From: Piromyces finnis finn
Taxonomy: Eukaryota; Fungi; Neocallimastigomycota
Length of the DNA stretch: 64,000 bases
NCBI GenBank assembly: GCA_002104945.1
Contig: MCFH01000003.1
Coordinates: 1,589,769 to 1,653,768, forward strand
Direction of reading: 5' to 3'
This document shows positions 29,562 through 42,024 of the stretch, piece by piece; within the stretch, counting starts at the first letter, position 1, and every line of letters starts with the position of its first letter. The position numbers and the translations under genes were made by a program. The notes below the pieces were generated by a model. It saw only the letters and a program-made list of their open reading frames with translations, had not been told where the DNA came from and searched no databases.

Positions 29562-31019
29562 ATGAACACTTTCTTCACTCTTGCTAATGGAATTAAAATG
29601 CCAGCTATTGGTTTAGGAACTTGTATGTTTTTATATTTATTTATTCATAATAATAGAATATTTTTATAAAAATAGTATTATTATTATTATTATTTAATAT
29701 ATAAAAATAAAAATATATAAATGAAAAACAAAACCAATTAAATTAAAAAAAATATTGTTATTATTATTTTTATATTATTTTATTATAATATTAAAGGGAG
29801 ATCTGAACCAGGAGTTGTTGGTAAAGCTATTCTTGATGCTTTAAAGAACGGTTATAAGCATATTGATGGTGCCTATGTTTGTAATTATCAAATTTTATAA
29901 ATTTTTTTAAAATAAATATAGTTTTTAAGAGAAAAAGAAAAAATATATATATATATATTTTTTTTTATATAAATTGTATAAACCATTAACTTTTTTTATA
30001 ATTATATACTATATACAATTATATATATATAATAAATAATAATGTAAATTATTTTTTTTTTTTTGTTATTGTTAAAAAAAAAAAGACGCCAACGAAAAGG
30101 AAGTTGGTAAGGCTTATCATGAAGCTTTCACTACCGGTGGTATTAAGCGTGAAGACATTTTCATTACTTCCAAGTTATGGAACACTCGTCATACTCCAAG
30201 TGATGTTAAGCCAGCTTTTGAAAAAACTCTTTCTGTATGTGTTTTTTTTGGGGAATTATATAACCATATAAATTATATAAATTATTAAAAAGTATCCCTA
30301 ATTATCATAAATAATGAAAAATTAAAATCTTTAAATTTCTATTACTTTCCTTTCTTTTTCTTCATTTTTTCAATATATCAATTTTATATTAATAAAATTT
30401 TTTTATAATGTAGGATTTACAATTAGATTATATTGATCTCTACTTAATTCACTGGCCAGTCTCTACTGATCCAAATGGTGTTGATTTCAATACTGATGAA
30501 AACCCAGTTCCAATTATTGATACCTGGAGAGAAATGGAAAAAATTTATGAAAGTGGTAAGGCTAAGGCTATTGGTGTTTGTAACTTTACTGCTGAACTTT
30601 TAGAAGATCTTTTAAAGGAAGCTAAAATCAAACCAATGGTTAACCAAATTGAATTAAACCCATACCTTCCACAACCAAAGCTTGTTGAATTCTGTCAAAA
30701 GAATAACATTCATGTTACTGCCTACAGTCCATTAGGTTCTGGTGGTGTTCCAAGTGTTTTAAAGGAACCAATTCTTGAAGAAATTGCAAAGAAATATAAC
30801 AAAACTACTGCTCAAGTTGCACTTTCCTGGAATGTTCAACGTGGTATTACTGTCATTCCAAAATCTGTAAGAGTTGAACGTATTATTGAAAATTCTCAAA
30901 CTTTCACTTTAGATCAAGAAGACGTTGATAAAATTGCTACTATTAAAACTAGACTTCGTACTTGTGATCCAAAGGTCTTCTTTAAGAAGGATATATTCAA
31001 GGGTAGTTACTTTGATTAA
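29562..31019 (+). CDS. Aldo-keto reductase (AKR1-like, NADPH-dependent), 4 exons
   Basis: Exons 29562..29622, 29797..29880, 30086..30234, 30414..31019. Motifs MPAIGLGTW, catalytic tetrad D (HIDGA), Y (AYVYANE), K (ITSKLW), H (LYLIHWP), plus [21 protein letters not shown] and VIPKS. Confidence 0.95.
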
Positions 31020-31626
31020 ATACCTTTTTTTTTTAATCAAATAAAAAAAAAATTATTATTATCGCTTCAATGAAAAAAAAAAAAAAAAAAAAAAAAACAA
31101 TTTTTTTTTATTTTACAATAGAAAACATCAGTTGTTATATAAATGAGTAACTATTGTAGAATAAATCATTTTTTTGATCTAAACCTTTAAAAAAAAAAAA
31201 AACTTTCAATTTAAAGGAATGCAAATAAATTAATAAAAAAAAAATATTAAAATAAAAATTTTAAAATAATCTTTCTTTTTCATTAATATAGTGTAAAAAG
31301 GTGTACTTTTACAATAAATATCTATATAATTTTTTGTGTTTTCTTCCTAGGTCTAAAATATATATATATATCTATATAATTTTTTTACTTTATGATATTT
31401 ATTATTTATATGAACAATTTTATTTTATAAACTTTTCCTATCTATTATTATTATTACAATTTTTTTTTGTTTGTTATTCAAACTTTCAAAGGTGGAATTA
31501 AATTAAAAAAAAAAAAAAAGGTAAAGTTTAATCATATATACATAATACCTATTTGTAAGAAATATGTTGTAAATATATATACTATTATTATTATTGCCAT
31601 ACTACCATAGTAATAATAACCCTCAA

Positions 31627-31658
<32 letters not shown>

Positions 31659-31660
<2 letters not shown>

Positions 31661-34600
31661 CCTCTTGGGAACGTGCCTTCATTTATTTAATAAATGTAGT
31701 TTCTCAAGGGGGTCTACTCATGCTCATGGTACTGAGAGAGTAGAAAGAATTAAATCCAAGTATTGCGCAATGGATACTTGGTTAGTCTTTATTTGGAAAT
31801 ATTATTAGGACTAAGCTCATGGTACTGAGCGAACAGAGTTGATAATTTGAGTGTTAGTTGTTATATCATATATCCCTTACACCTTCAACTTATTTTTTAG
31901 ATAGTAGTTGCTTTAACAACTTTTATAACATATTATTTTAAACTTAAAATTGTTTGATTCGGTAGTATTAAATACTGATTTTGAATATTTCTTGATTTCA
32001 TTTTTATTTTAGCTTTCATCGATAATTTGTTATCCCAGTTTACTACTTATTCTCTTTGTTCTTTTATTCCTTTTTTATTCTTTATATGTTGATTAGTCAG
32101 ATAGTTTTGTTTTTTCAGTTAGTTGGTTATTCCTTTCATTTATTCTTGAGTTTCGTGTGGGGTGCAGCTTTCATTACTATAATCATATTTAATCTTTTAT
32201 TTTTTCTATTTTTATTATTTTCGAGGGGCGCGGCTTTTTTATTTTTCCTTTATGATTTTATATGATTCTAGTAATATCTTTTTTTATTTCTTATTTTTTT
32301 GTAACTCTAGATTTTCCAAGGAATCTCTTTTCTACTAACATTCTTTTGTATACTTTTTCTATCTCTTTTCTATATATATATATTTCTTATACTTTATATT
32401 ATATGTATATTTATATATCTGTATAACTTAATTAGGTTTATTATGGACTATTATGGTAAGTATTAACACCTTTTTTTCTTTAACATTTCTATTATCAAAG
32501 CTTCTATCCTGGAAAATCGAGTATTCTATTTTTATATTGTAAATACTACTCTTGTTTCAATTTTATCTTTAAAAAAAAAAAAAAAAAATTTTATTATGTT
32601 TACCCAAAATTCTTCAACTTTTTTCCATTATTTTTGATATAACAACTTTTCACTCTTATTATCTCTCTACCTTACAACATAAACAACCTATATGAATGTT
32701 CAATTTCAACAATCAGAATCAACACAATACAATAATCATCCAATAAATTATACAATTCTTATTAATATAAAGAGCTTTCAAAATACAGTTATAATACAGA
32801 AATCCAAAGTGATAGATATTCAAAATTTATCTTCCCGTTTAAAGTCTTCAGTAGAGTTAGAACTAAGTTTGTCAACAACTTAGCCACTTTTCCAGTTATA
32901 AAATTTAAAATATTGTTTGACAAATAATCCACTTGCTATATAATATATCCGTCTTTACTATTATTATTTTTATTTTACTATATATTTTATTTCATTATCT
33001 TATTTATATCATTATATCAATACTTCAAACTATTAATATCTATTGTCATAATAAGTTCTTTCAAAATGAACAATACCAATTGTACTGTACCTACCTTACG
33101 ACGTGGTCTTCGTTTCTTCGGATCTAACTCCAATAAATCATATCTAATTTTTATCCATGATCTTAGTTCATGGTCAAAACAACGACTAATGGAATTTCTT
33201 TTAAAGGACATTCAACCTTTCAATGATATTCTTCAATCCCTCACCAAAAAATATTCACAATCACTCGGTACCTATTTCATTCTTAAAGTCAATGGAAAAT
33301 GTCCGCTTAAAGCCATGTTACTTATACACTCACTTTCTGAAAAACTCCCAATCTCTAGTAAAATATCTTGGAAATTCATTGATAAGCTCAAAAACAATAG
33401 ATCATACAAAAAACAAACGATCTATCAAATCTACTACTGGTCCACTCTCTGACGATTTCTATTTTAGTCATCTAAGCTCTAATGCTTCCTTTTTCAACTT
33501 ATGTACTTGTTGGAACATCAATGGTTGGAACCCGGAGAAAAAGGACGGTGTTTTATACTTCATCTCTGTTTTCAAACCTGTATGTGTCTGTCTTCAAGAA
33601 GTAGGTAACAGCCAATTCCTCTGTGGTAATGCAATTCCCTCCCCATGCCTACCGAACTATAAACCAGTACACAGACGTGCTAATCCTAAAGTTCCAGGTA
33701 TGAGAGGACTTTACATTGGTGTTCATAATTCTTGTTCCTTTACTCCTGAACCTCTTCTATATAAGTACATCATTTCAGTTACAATATTGTCATTTTGGAA
33801 CCAGAGATGTACCATTGGTAATATTTACTTCCCGCAAACTAGATGGCCGGATGCTAGATTAATTGCCTTTGATGAACTTGATAAGTGGTTAACAACGCAT
33901 AACAAATTCAACCACCCAGCTATCCTTGTAGGAGACTTTAATATGTCAGCTATTAAAATCAAATCTTATATATCACAACACTTCCCGGATTGGACTATGG
34001 CTGAGTTAACTGGTAATAATTTTACCTGGGAAAAAGGATCTAAATCTTCATGCATTGATCATATTATATACAACAAAGCTATGACAGAACACATAAACAA
34101 ATTTTCAGTTTGTGAAGTTTTCCACGATGTTTCTGATCACAAACCGATCCTTGTGTCTTGTAAAAAAGACTCTTCGGATGGTTTCAAAAAGCCTAAGAAG
34201 ACCTTTAAGTGGTCAAGTCATATCTGTAACACAAAGTGTTCTGACATTCTTACTAGTAATCGCTTTGCTGTTCTAGCTTCCGAGCTTGAAGCTAATTGCG
34301 ATAGCCTTTCGGCTGACGATATGGTTTCAAGATTTTTAGATACTTCCAAAACTATAGGTAAAGAAATAAAAGCCATTGTGCCTGCAGATTTAAAAGGTCC
34401 AGCATTCCATTGCCCTCAATACATCAAAAACTTATCACATGAAAAACACCTGGCTTACAAAAATATTAAGCCCCTTTCAGATTGCGCTGACATGGAAAAT
34501 TATCTTAACCAGTTCTCCATATACCAAAATCTATGTAATACCATCAAAAAGGTTAAGAGCAAATTCAGATCCAATCTCTATAAAGCTAATATTGTTTCTA

Positions 34601-37430
34601 TCGGTAAACATTTTATTGATAAAAGCTTTAGACAAGGTTGGAAAGGCCTTAAAAAACTTGCCAAACCAAGTTATTCGTCCTCCCATGTTTCAACTATTAA
34701 GGACAAGAATGGCAAGGATTTATTTACTCCTCAAGAACAATTAAAACGTTGGGCTGAACATTATGAAAATCTTGCATCTGATGTTACAAATCACAGCTTA
34801 AATCGTGGTTACTGGGAAAGAGCCTTCCAATTCAACCATATCAATCAAATAGCATGGGATATAAATGGTCCCATTTCTATTGAGGAAATTAGAAATGTTG
34901 TTCTGTCAATGAAGAATAACAAGGCTCCAGGTCCCGATGGTATCCCAATTGAATTTTTCAAAGCTTTCTTTTGTAACGAAGAACTGGAGAAAGAACATAA
35001 GTCTGCTGGAAATTGTCTTAAATTAATTTTTAATAAAATCTGGAATGGTTCCTTTCCTTTGAAATGGAACTCTGCTGCTTCCATTGTTTCTATTCCAAAG
35101 AAAGGCGATCTTTCAGACTGTAATAATTATCGTGGTATTTCTCTCATCAATGTAGGTCTTAAAATTATTTCAAAAATTGTAACTAATAGAATTTCAAAGT
35201 ATGCTCTTTCTCATAATTTTATAAGACCTGAGCAATTTGGTTTTCGCAATAAAGAAGAATGAATTAGCTTATTTATTTCCATTAGAGAAGGAAATTTAAA
35301 GGAAAAGCCACTTATGTCGCCTTTCTAGACCTTAAAAAAGCATACGACTCAGTTCCTATTTTTAATATCCTTACAAAGTTATATAAATTAGGTATACGTG
35401 GTAAATGTTTTGATTTTCTCAATAATCTCTACTCTACCTCTAAAGCTCGTGCACGTTTCTTGGATATGCTTTCCAATGAATTCCCTATAAACCGTGGTGT
35501 AAGACAAGGATGTCCTCTTTCTCCTATACTGTTTAACCTCTTTATCAATGATATTTTAAATAAATGTGAAAGGCTTGGAGTTAGCTTAGGTAATAAACGT
35601 TGTTGTGGTGGCCTTTTCGCTGATGACATTGTTTTGATTGCTCCTAGTAAGAAGAACCTTCAAAAGATGCTCAATCTAGTCCTTGATTGGGCTAATTTAA
35701 ATGAAATGTCTTTTGGAATAAATAAATGTGCAACTATTGTTGTTAAACCTATCAACTTTAATAGATCCCCTAGTTATGTCGACCCAACATTTTACATCGG
35801 TATGTACTCGATTCCAAAGGTTTCTTGCTATACTTATCTTGGAATCCCATTCGACGAAGATCTTTCTTTGACTCCTATTCTGTCTAATATGTACAAAAAA
35901 GTTCAGAAATCTTTATTCTCTTTTAAGAACTTCCTCACCAACAATTGTGTTCCTATTGGCTTAAAAAACATAGTAATTCATTCTTATATTTTAAGCAAAA
36001 TCTCTTATTATGCTCCTTTGCTTGGTTCCAACAAAAATAGAACTAGAAGAGTCCAATTTCTTATCAATACTGCTGTTTTATGGAGTGTCAATAGCTTTCA
36101 CAATAAAAGTTTTAATAACAAAGATTTTGTTTTTGAACGAAATTCATTTATTAGTCTGTATGCTCTTACAAGAGATATGAAGATCCCTACCCTTTCAGGT
36201 ATTTGTGCTGCGCAACAAGTGAAATGCTTTGTTAAATGGAGAAAATCAAATTGTATAATTAAAGATCTCGTCCGATCTATTCCTCCCATGTCTCATTACT
36301 CTTGGGTCAAAGAATCTTGTTCACTACATAAGAAGCTTATGAAAATAAATATTAAAAGTACTAAAGATATTAGAGAATATTATTGGAATAATAGTAGCCT
36401 AAATAATGGAAGTAAAGCCCTCAGATATACTAACAACAAATTCCTTAATTCAAATCGCCTAATGCATATCGGTCTCAACAAACCTCACTTAAATTTAGGA
36501 ATTACCTGGATTATTCGTATTCGATGCGGTTATGAAAATACTACCCGAATTGCTATTGCCAGTAATAGAGTTACTCCTGACTGCCCTCGTGTCTGTCCAT
36601 GTTGCGGATATGACGAACAATCTTTTTACCATTGGATATTAGAATGTTCTGCATTCTCTGAATACAGAGCTTCTTAACTTAGCTTTCTTGACGATCTTTT
36701 TACCCTTTTTTACAATAAATATAAGAATCAATTCATCACATACTTACTCCCCGAAACGGAAGTAAGAAAAATAATTTATAACTATATTTTTACGTTCCTT
36801 CTTGGTGGAACTTTAGCTTATGATGAGCTACAAATCGATAAGGCGGAACAAAGACATTTGAATGAACAGCTTTACAGTTCATCGGGGTCTCATGTTCCAT
36901 ATGTAGAGGGTCTCGCGGCTTTTCTTACTAAAACAATCCCTATCATTAGTAGCTCTATGAAGCTACTTTTTGATAGGTTTAGTAAGACACCTAACGTAAT
37001 CAAGAGCGCCGACGTCGTACCGATATGGCAAAGGAACATTTCCAATGTTCCGTACACAGGGTTCAATGTTAGTATTTCCTCAAATTCGAATGAAAACATT
37101 ATGAACTCATGGGAGAGTTTAGTGGACACCACACTATCATACCTGATGTTACTTCTTTTTTTTATTTCATTTAATTTATTAGGTAGGGACCAATCCCACA
37201 CAGTACAAATTGCAGAGTTCATTGAACTTTTATGCAACTTAAATAATTATTTTATATTTTTTTATATTTATATTTTTATTTATATATATTTTATTATTTT
37301 TATTTATTATTTATTATATCATTATCAATATGTATTATCACCTAATATTATGTAATATCACTAATTAAGTAAGTAAATAAATAAAAGATGTGTATTCTCT
37401 TCCTAGTCTAAAAAAAAAAAAAAAAAAAAA
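31659..37430 (+). mobile_element. Apparently full-length, decayed non-LTR retrotransposon (APE-RT LINE, family 1; clade not determined)
   Basis: Contains APE, RT and C-terminal Cys/His domains and ends in A21 (37410..37430). Flanked by a candidate TSD: AATTGT(A)28 at 31625..31658 and AATTGT(A)26 at 37429..37460. Confidence 0.85.
33066..37355 (+). pseudogene. LINE family 1 polyprotein (N-terminal extension + APE endonuclease + RT + CCHC-like knuckle), disrupted
   Basis: APE motifs WNING, VCLQE, LVGDFN, CIDHII, SDHKP; RT motifs NYRGISL, QFGFR, FLDLKKAYDSV, GVRQGCPLSPILFNLF, LFADD, YTYLG; CPCC..HWILEC. Lesions: likely +1 in the A6 run 33408..33413, TGA 35260..35262, frameshifting deletion at ~35290, TAA 36675..36677. 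Confidence 0.9.
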
Positions 37431-38206
37431 TTGTAAAAAAAAAAAAAAAAAAAAAAAAAAGATATTTAGAGAGTAACTATTATTTGTTTTTTAAAAACGT
37501 TTGTGTTTACCACCACCACCACTACTGTTTATATTAATACACTATTTTTTTTTTATCCTATTAGAAATAATAATTGAAAATATATACAATAAGATAATAG
37601 AGACTACTATAAAATATCCTTTTTTTTTTTTTTTTAATAAAACTTTATTTTTATTTAATATTTAAAATGTTTATTTTACTCTATTTTATTTTTCTAATAT
37701 TTTTATATTATGTGTTTATTAATATAATTTTAAATAATAAAATTATATAATTGTAATGTTTAATGCTTTTTTTTTTTTTTTTTTTTTTAATATTAAGTAT
37801 TTCTTTTTAGTATAAAAAAACAAACACTACTGAATAAACTCTATTTTTTTTTATATAAATATATATTGATTATTTCAATCCTTGTATTTTCAATCCTTGT
37901 ATTAATAATAACACATTTTTATTATTATTAATACTATCGAAAGTTGAGTGATTTATTCTCTGTTGTTATATATAGAAATGATATTTTATTATTATTATTG
38001 TATTATTATTGATTTGAAAAAGAATAATAATAATTTATCATGTTTTTTAAACCAATTTTCTTTTTTTCAAAAAAAAAAATAAAAATAAAATGGAAAGAAA
38101 AGAAAAGAAAATGTTGGAACGATAGTATTAAATATATTAAAAAATTATTGTAAATTGACTTTTTTTTTTTTTTCCTCCCTTTCCCCCTTTTCTCCTATTT
38201 GATTTT

Positions 38207-38836
38207 TTATGAATATTCTGATGGACAATATGAAAATGTAGTGACTCTAACAGATTGAACTTTTATTATTGGTAATCTATACACACAATTATTTTCAAAA
38301 GTTAAAATAAAATGATATTTTGCATTTTCCTTGGGATCTTTTGTAAAATTATATTCTGTGACTTCTTTATAAGTTCCATCGTCTTGAAGCCATAAGGTCC
38401 AATTTGAAATTTTACTATTTGCTAAATTACATTTTAATAATTTATTATTTTTATCGAAACCATAATCTGCGTTTATTACTTCTTTTGGTAAATAAAAAAG
38501 AAAAATTCGACGAGCGGTTAATTCATTGCATACTATTAAACCTTTATCATATTCAAAATAGCAACTGATAAAATTAATAGATGCATTTCGAAAAATAAAA
38601 CTAATTGATTTATAGTTAAGTTTCAAAGTTTTATCTTTAAAACTTAATGGTCTACATTCACTAGTACCATTTATACTTCTTTTATTTTCTTTTGTTGTTG
38701 TTGTTGTTGTTGTTGTTGTCGTTGTTATTGTACTATCTTTTTCGTTTAGTGAATCAATACCAATATATTTACAATTAATGTTAAATACGAATATTATTAA
38801 TAAAAATAATAGTATATAACATTGTGATAATTTCAT
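38207..38836 (-). CDS. Secreted hypothetical protein (signal peptide, poly-Thr linker, Cys-containing domain)
   Basis: Intronless 209-aa ORF. Hydrophobic N-terminus (MKLSQCYILLFLLIIFVFNINC), Thr run, possible KR processing site, and several Cys. No family recognised. Confidence 0.7.
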   Translation of the reverse strand: MKLSQCYILLFLLIIFVFNINCKYIGIDSLNEKDSTITTTTTTTTTTTKENKRSINGTSECRPLSFKDKTLKLNYKSISFIFRNASINFISCYFEYDKGLIVCNELTARRIFLFYLPKEVINADYGFDKNNKLLKCNLANSKISNWTLWLQDDGTYKEVTEYNFTKDPKENAKYHFILTFENNCVYRLPIIKVQSVRVTTFSYCPSEYS

Positions 38837-38979
38837 TATTTTTTTTTATTTTATTTTTTTTTTTTATTTATTTTTTATTATTGGAAATGAATTTTGATTT
38901 TTGTATTTCTTATAGCGTTTTATTTCTTCATAGATTTAAATTAAAAGTCATTGACAATTTCCAATATTTTTTTAAAAAA

Positions 38980-39011
<32 letters not shown>

Positions 39012-41951
39012 ATATTTTTTTTTTAATTATAAAAACTTTATTTAATATAAAAATTTAATATTTTTTAAAATTTCAAAGGTCGATGGAAAAAAGCATTTGA
39101 ACTTTCTTAGTCTACAAAGGATTATTATTTAATCTTTTATTCATTCATACTATATACAAAATAAAAAAACTAAGGTTTATTAAAAGAAATTATTTAAAAT
39201 AAAAAACCAACATTAAAAACTCAACCTACCTACTTAATTGTAAAGATTACTTTATGGTGGGAATAACAACTAAAATAAAAATAAATCATTCCATTATTTT
39301 AATATTTTTTAAAAAAAAATATATATGTATATATGTAAAATTGGTATTTAGTATTATTTGTTTGATTGATTGCTTGTTTATTGGGAAACTACAAGATGCA
39401 AAAAAAAAATATAAATAAGCTATATTAGCTATATTCATAAAAGAAACTGTCTTGATCATTCCACTAGACTAAATAGAAAGAAGGTAATCTTTATATTCCT
39501 ATGTTATTAAATTTATTTTATCTTGCTCTCTGACTAATTAAATAGTTTATATATTTACACTATTCTATTAAAGAGGAGGAATATTTCTATTCTTATTTAC
39601 TTTTTTATATCTAATCTTTTTTCTATGAATTTTCTATGAACAGGGTAAATTATTTTTGGTTATTACTATGTTTTTTTTTTTTTTTTTTACCAAATTCGTG
39701 TGTTATAGAAAGTTACTATAATTTTCTTCATCATATTCTTTAGCTTTTTATTAATTAATATTAATAATTATGGAATATTAAGAAAAGAATTTAATTGACA
39801 TTAACCATCACTACATTAAATCAAATAATGGTTTTATATTAATAAGCAATATGTCAAGGGGATTACAACCAAAGAATTATTATTTATCTGCTATTATATA
39901 AAAATTAATAATCAAATTGTATTTTTTTTTTCATTAATAATAACTTTATTGTATTTGAAACTTTATATTTTTTATTTTTATAATAAAGTAAGAATGGGAT
40001 TAAATTTACACTATTTCTTCAATACATTAATTGATCTTAGAGATATAATGTTTTAAATCATTAAATTATTATTAATAAAAAAACATATTATTAGAAAATT
40101 GAAAATAGGCTTGCTCTACTCTTAAATTTATAATTTCTACTGTATAAAATGATGTTTTTCCCATTTTAAATACTTTACTTTAGGGTCAACCTTTCATATC
40201 CTTCCCAATTTTTCATTCTTCATAATATTTAATTTTTTATATAAATTAAAGTTTTATTCCATATTTATATTATATTAAAATATTTTTAAGTTTTTATATT
40301 TTATTAATAATTAAACTTTTATTTAGGGTAACATCAAAGATTAAAAAAACTTGTATCACCACAACAACAAATAATATTTCGTGTAATTAAAGGAATATTA
40401 AATATAAAATTTTATTATTTTAAAAATAATAAAAAATAGGCAGATTCATGAATCGAATCCTTGCATTGCATTAGCATCCCCTCCAGCTGTTATACAACAT
40501 CTTGTTTAGAAAGAAAAGAGTATTATAGCTTTTTAAATAAAAATGAGACCATTACTACAATTAAAAATAATAATATAAACATTTAATATACTTTTTTTTT
40601 AAAAAAAAAATAAATATATATAACGATTATTAGATTGCTTTTTTTTCCTATATATAATATAACTTTAAGTATATAGTTCCAGAAATGAAGAAAAGTATAA
40701 TTTTTTTTTATTTTATAATGCCATATCATAATATTTCTTCTTCTTCTTCTTCTCTCTTAAAAACAAATCTGTCTATTTAAGATTAAGCATACATTAAAAT
40801 ATATAAAATTTTATACTTTACAATAATTAATAGATTAGTAAAATATTATATATTTGAAATAGATAAATTATTAAACAATGATTACGCATTAAACTTGTAA
40901 AACTACTTTAACTAGTAAAAATATCCTTTCTTAAGTGAGAAATAAAGTATAGAATGTCTTACAAAAATAATTATGCCAAAAGTTTATAGTAATGTACTAC
41001 AAAACCAACATAAAAATACCTATTCTTTTTTTTTTATCCACATAAAGATAATCAATACTATTTAAAGTATTTAGTCCAAATATTACAATTATCAATTATA
41101 AATAGTATTTAAATATACTTTTTATTTTCTATATTCACTTTTTTTTTTTTTTATCTTTTTTCATTTAATAATTAAAGACTTTTTTTTTTCTAAAAAAATG
41201 TTAAAATGAATATTTTCCTCAATAGATTAAAAAATATACAAAATAGATAGTACTAACTAAATCCAAATTTTTAATTAAAATGTAGGTTACCTGTGTATAT
41301 AAACATTTTTAAGAAAGGTGAAAACAATAGTTAAAGGTGAAACCACTCTATACTTTTAAGGTGTTATTAAAAATTTGTTTGTGTAAATGATTAATTAAAA
41401 AATAAAAAACTTTTTATTATTTTTTTATTTATTATAATATTATTATTGTTGAAATTTATTTACTTTAGATTTTAATTCATTTATTTATTATAGTTATTTA
41501 TTTAATTATTTAATATTTTATTTATTTAATTTTAATGTAAAAAAGAGCTACCTGACCCACAACAACATTAATAATAATAATCTTAATTTTAATTATTTCT
41601 ATTTATGGAAATTAACTACAATTATTAGTTTTCTGTTTACAAATTCCTCAGATTCCTTTAAACCTCAATATTAAGAAAAGGGAAAAAAAAAAACTACATG
41701 TTACATATAGTAGATTTGAAATATTTTATATTTTTTTTTTTTGAATTATTTCTTTATATTTATGTTTTTTTTTTCAATGCTTTAAAATCATCCTGCCTTT
41801 CTCTCTTTTACATTATACAATAATAATACGTTTTTTTAATTTCTTTTTTTGCTTTAGGGTAAATTTAATTAAAGTTTAAAAATTAACAAAGCAAAATTAT
41901 AAAAAAAGTTTTTTTTTATAATACTCAATTTACCCGTAAAACCAATTTTAC

Positions 41952-41952
41952 C

Positions 41953-42023
<71 letters not shown>
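41952..42023. repeat. Compound (CAA)n(TAA)n microsatellite
   Basis: Directly visible CAA run followed by a TAA run in intergenic DNA. Confidence 0.9.

Positions 42024-42024
<1 letters not shown>

Noticed and set aside
31659-31880. Canonical HDV-like, hammerhead or twister ribozyme at the LINE 5' end
   Set aside because: There is no CUGANGA/GAAA core on either strand. The GAGCGAA after the second hairpin resembles HDV J4/2, but I found no matching P2/P3. It is kept only as an unassigned structured leader.
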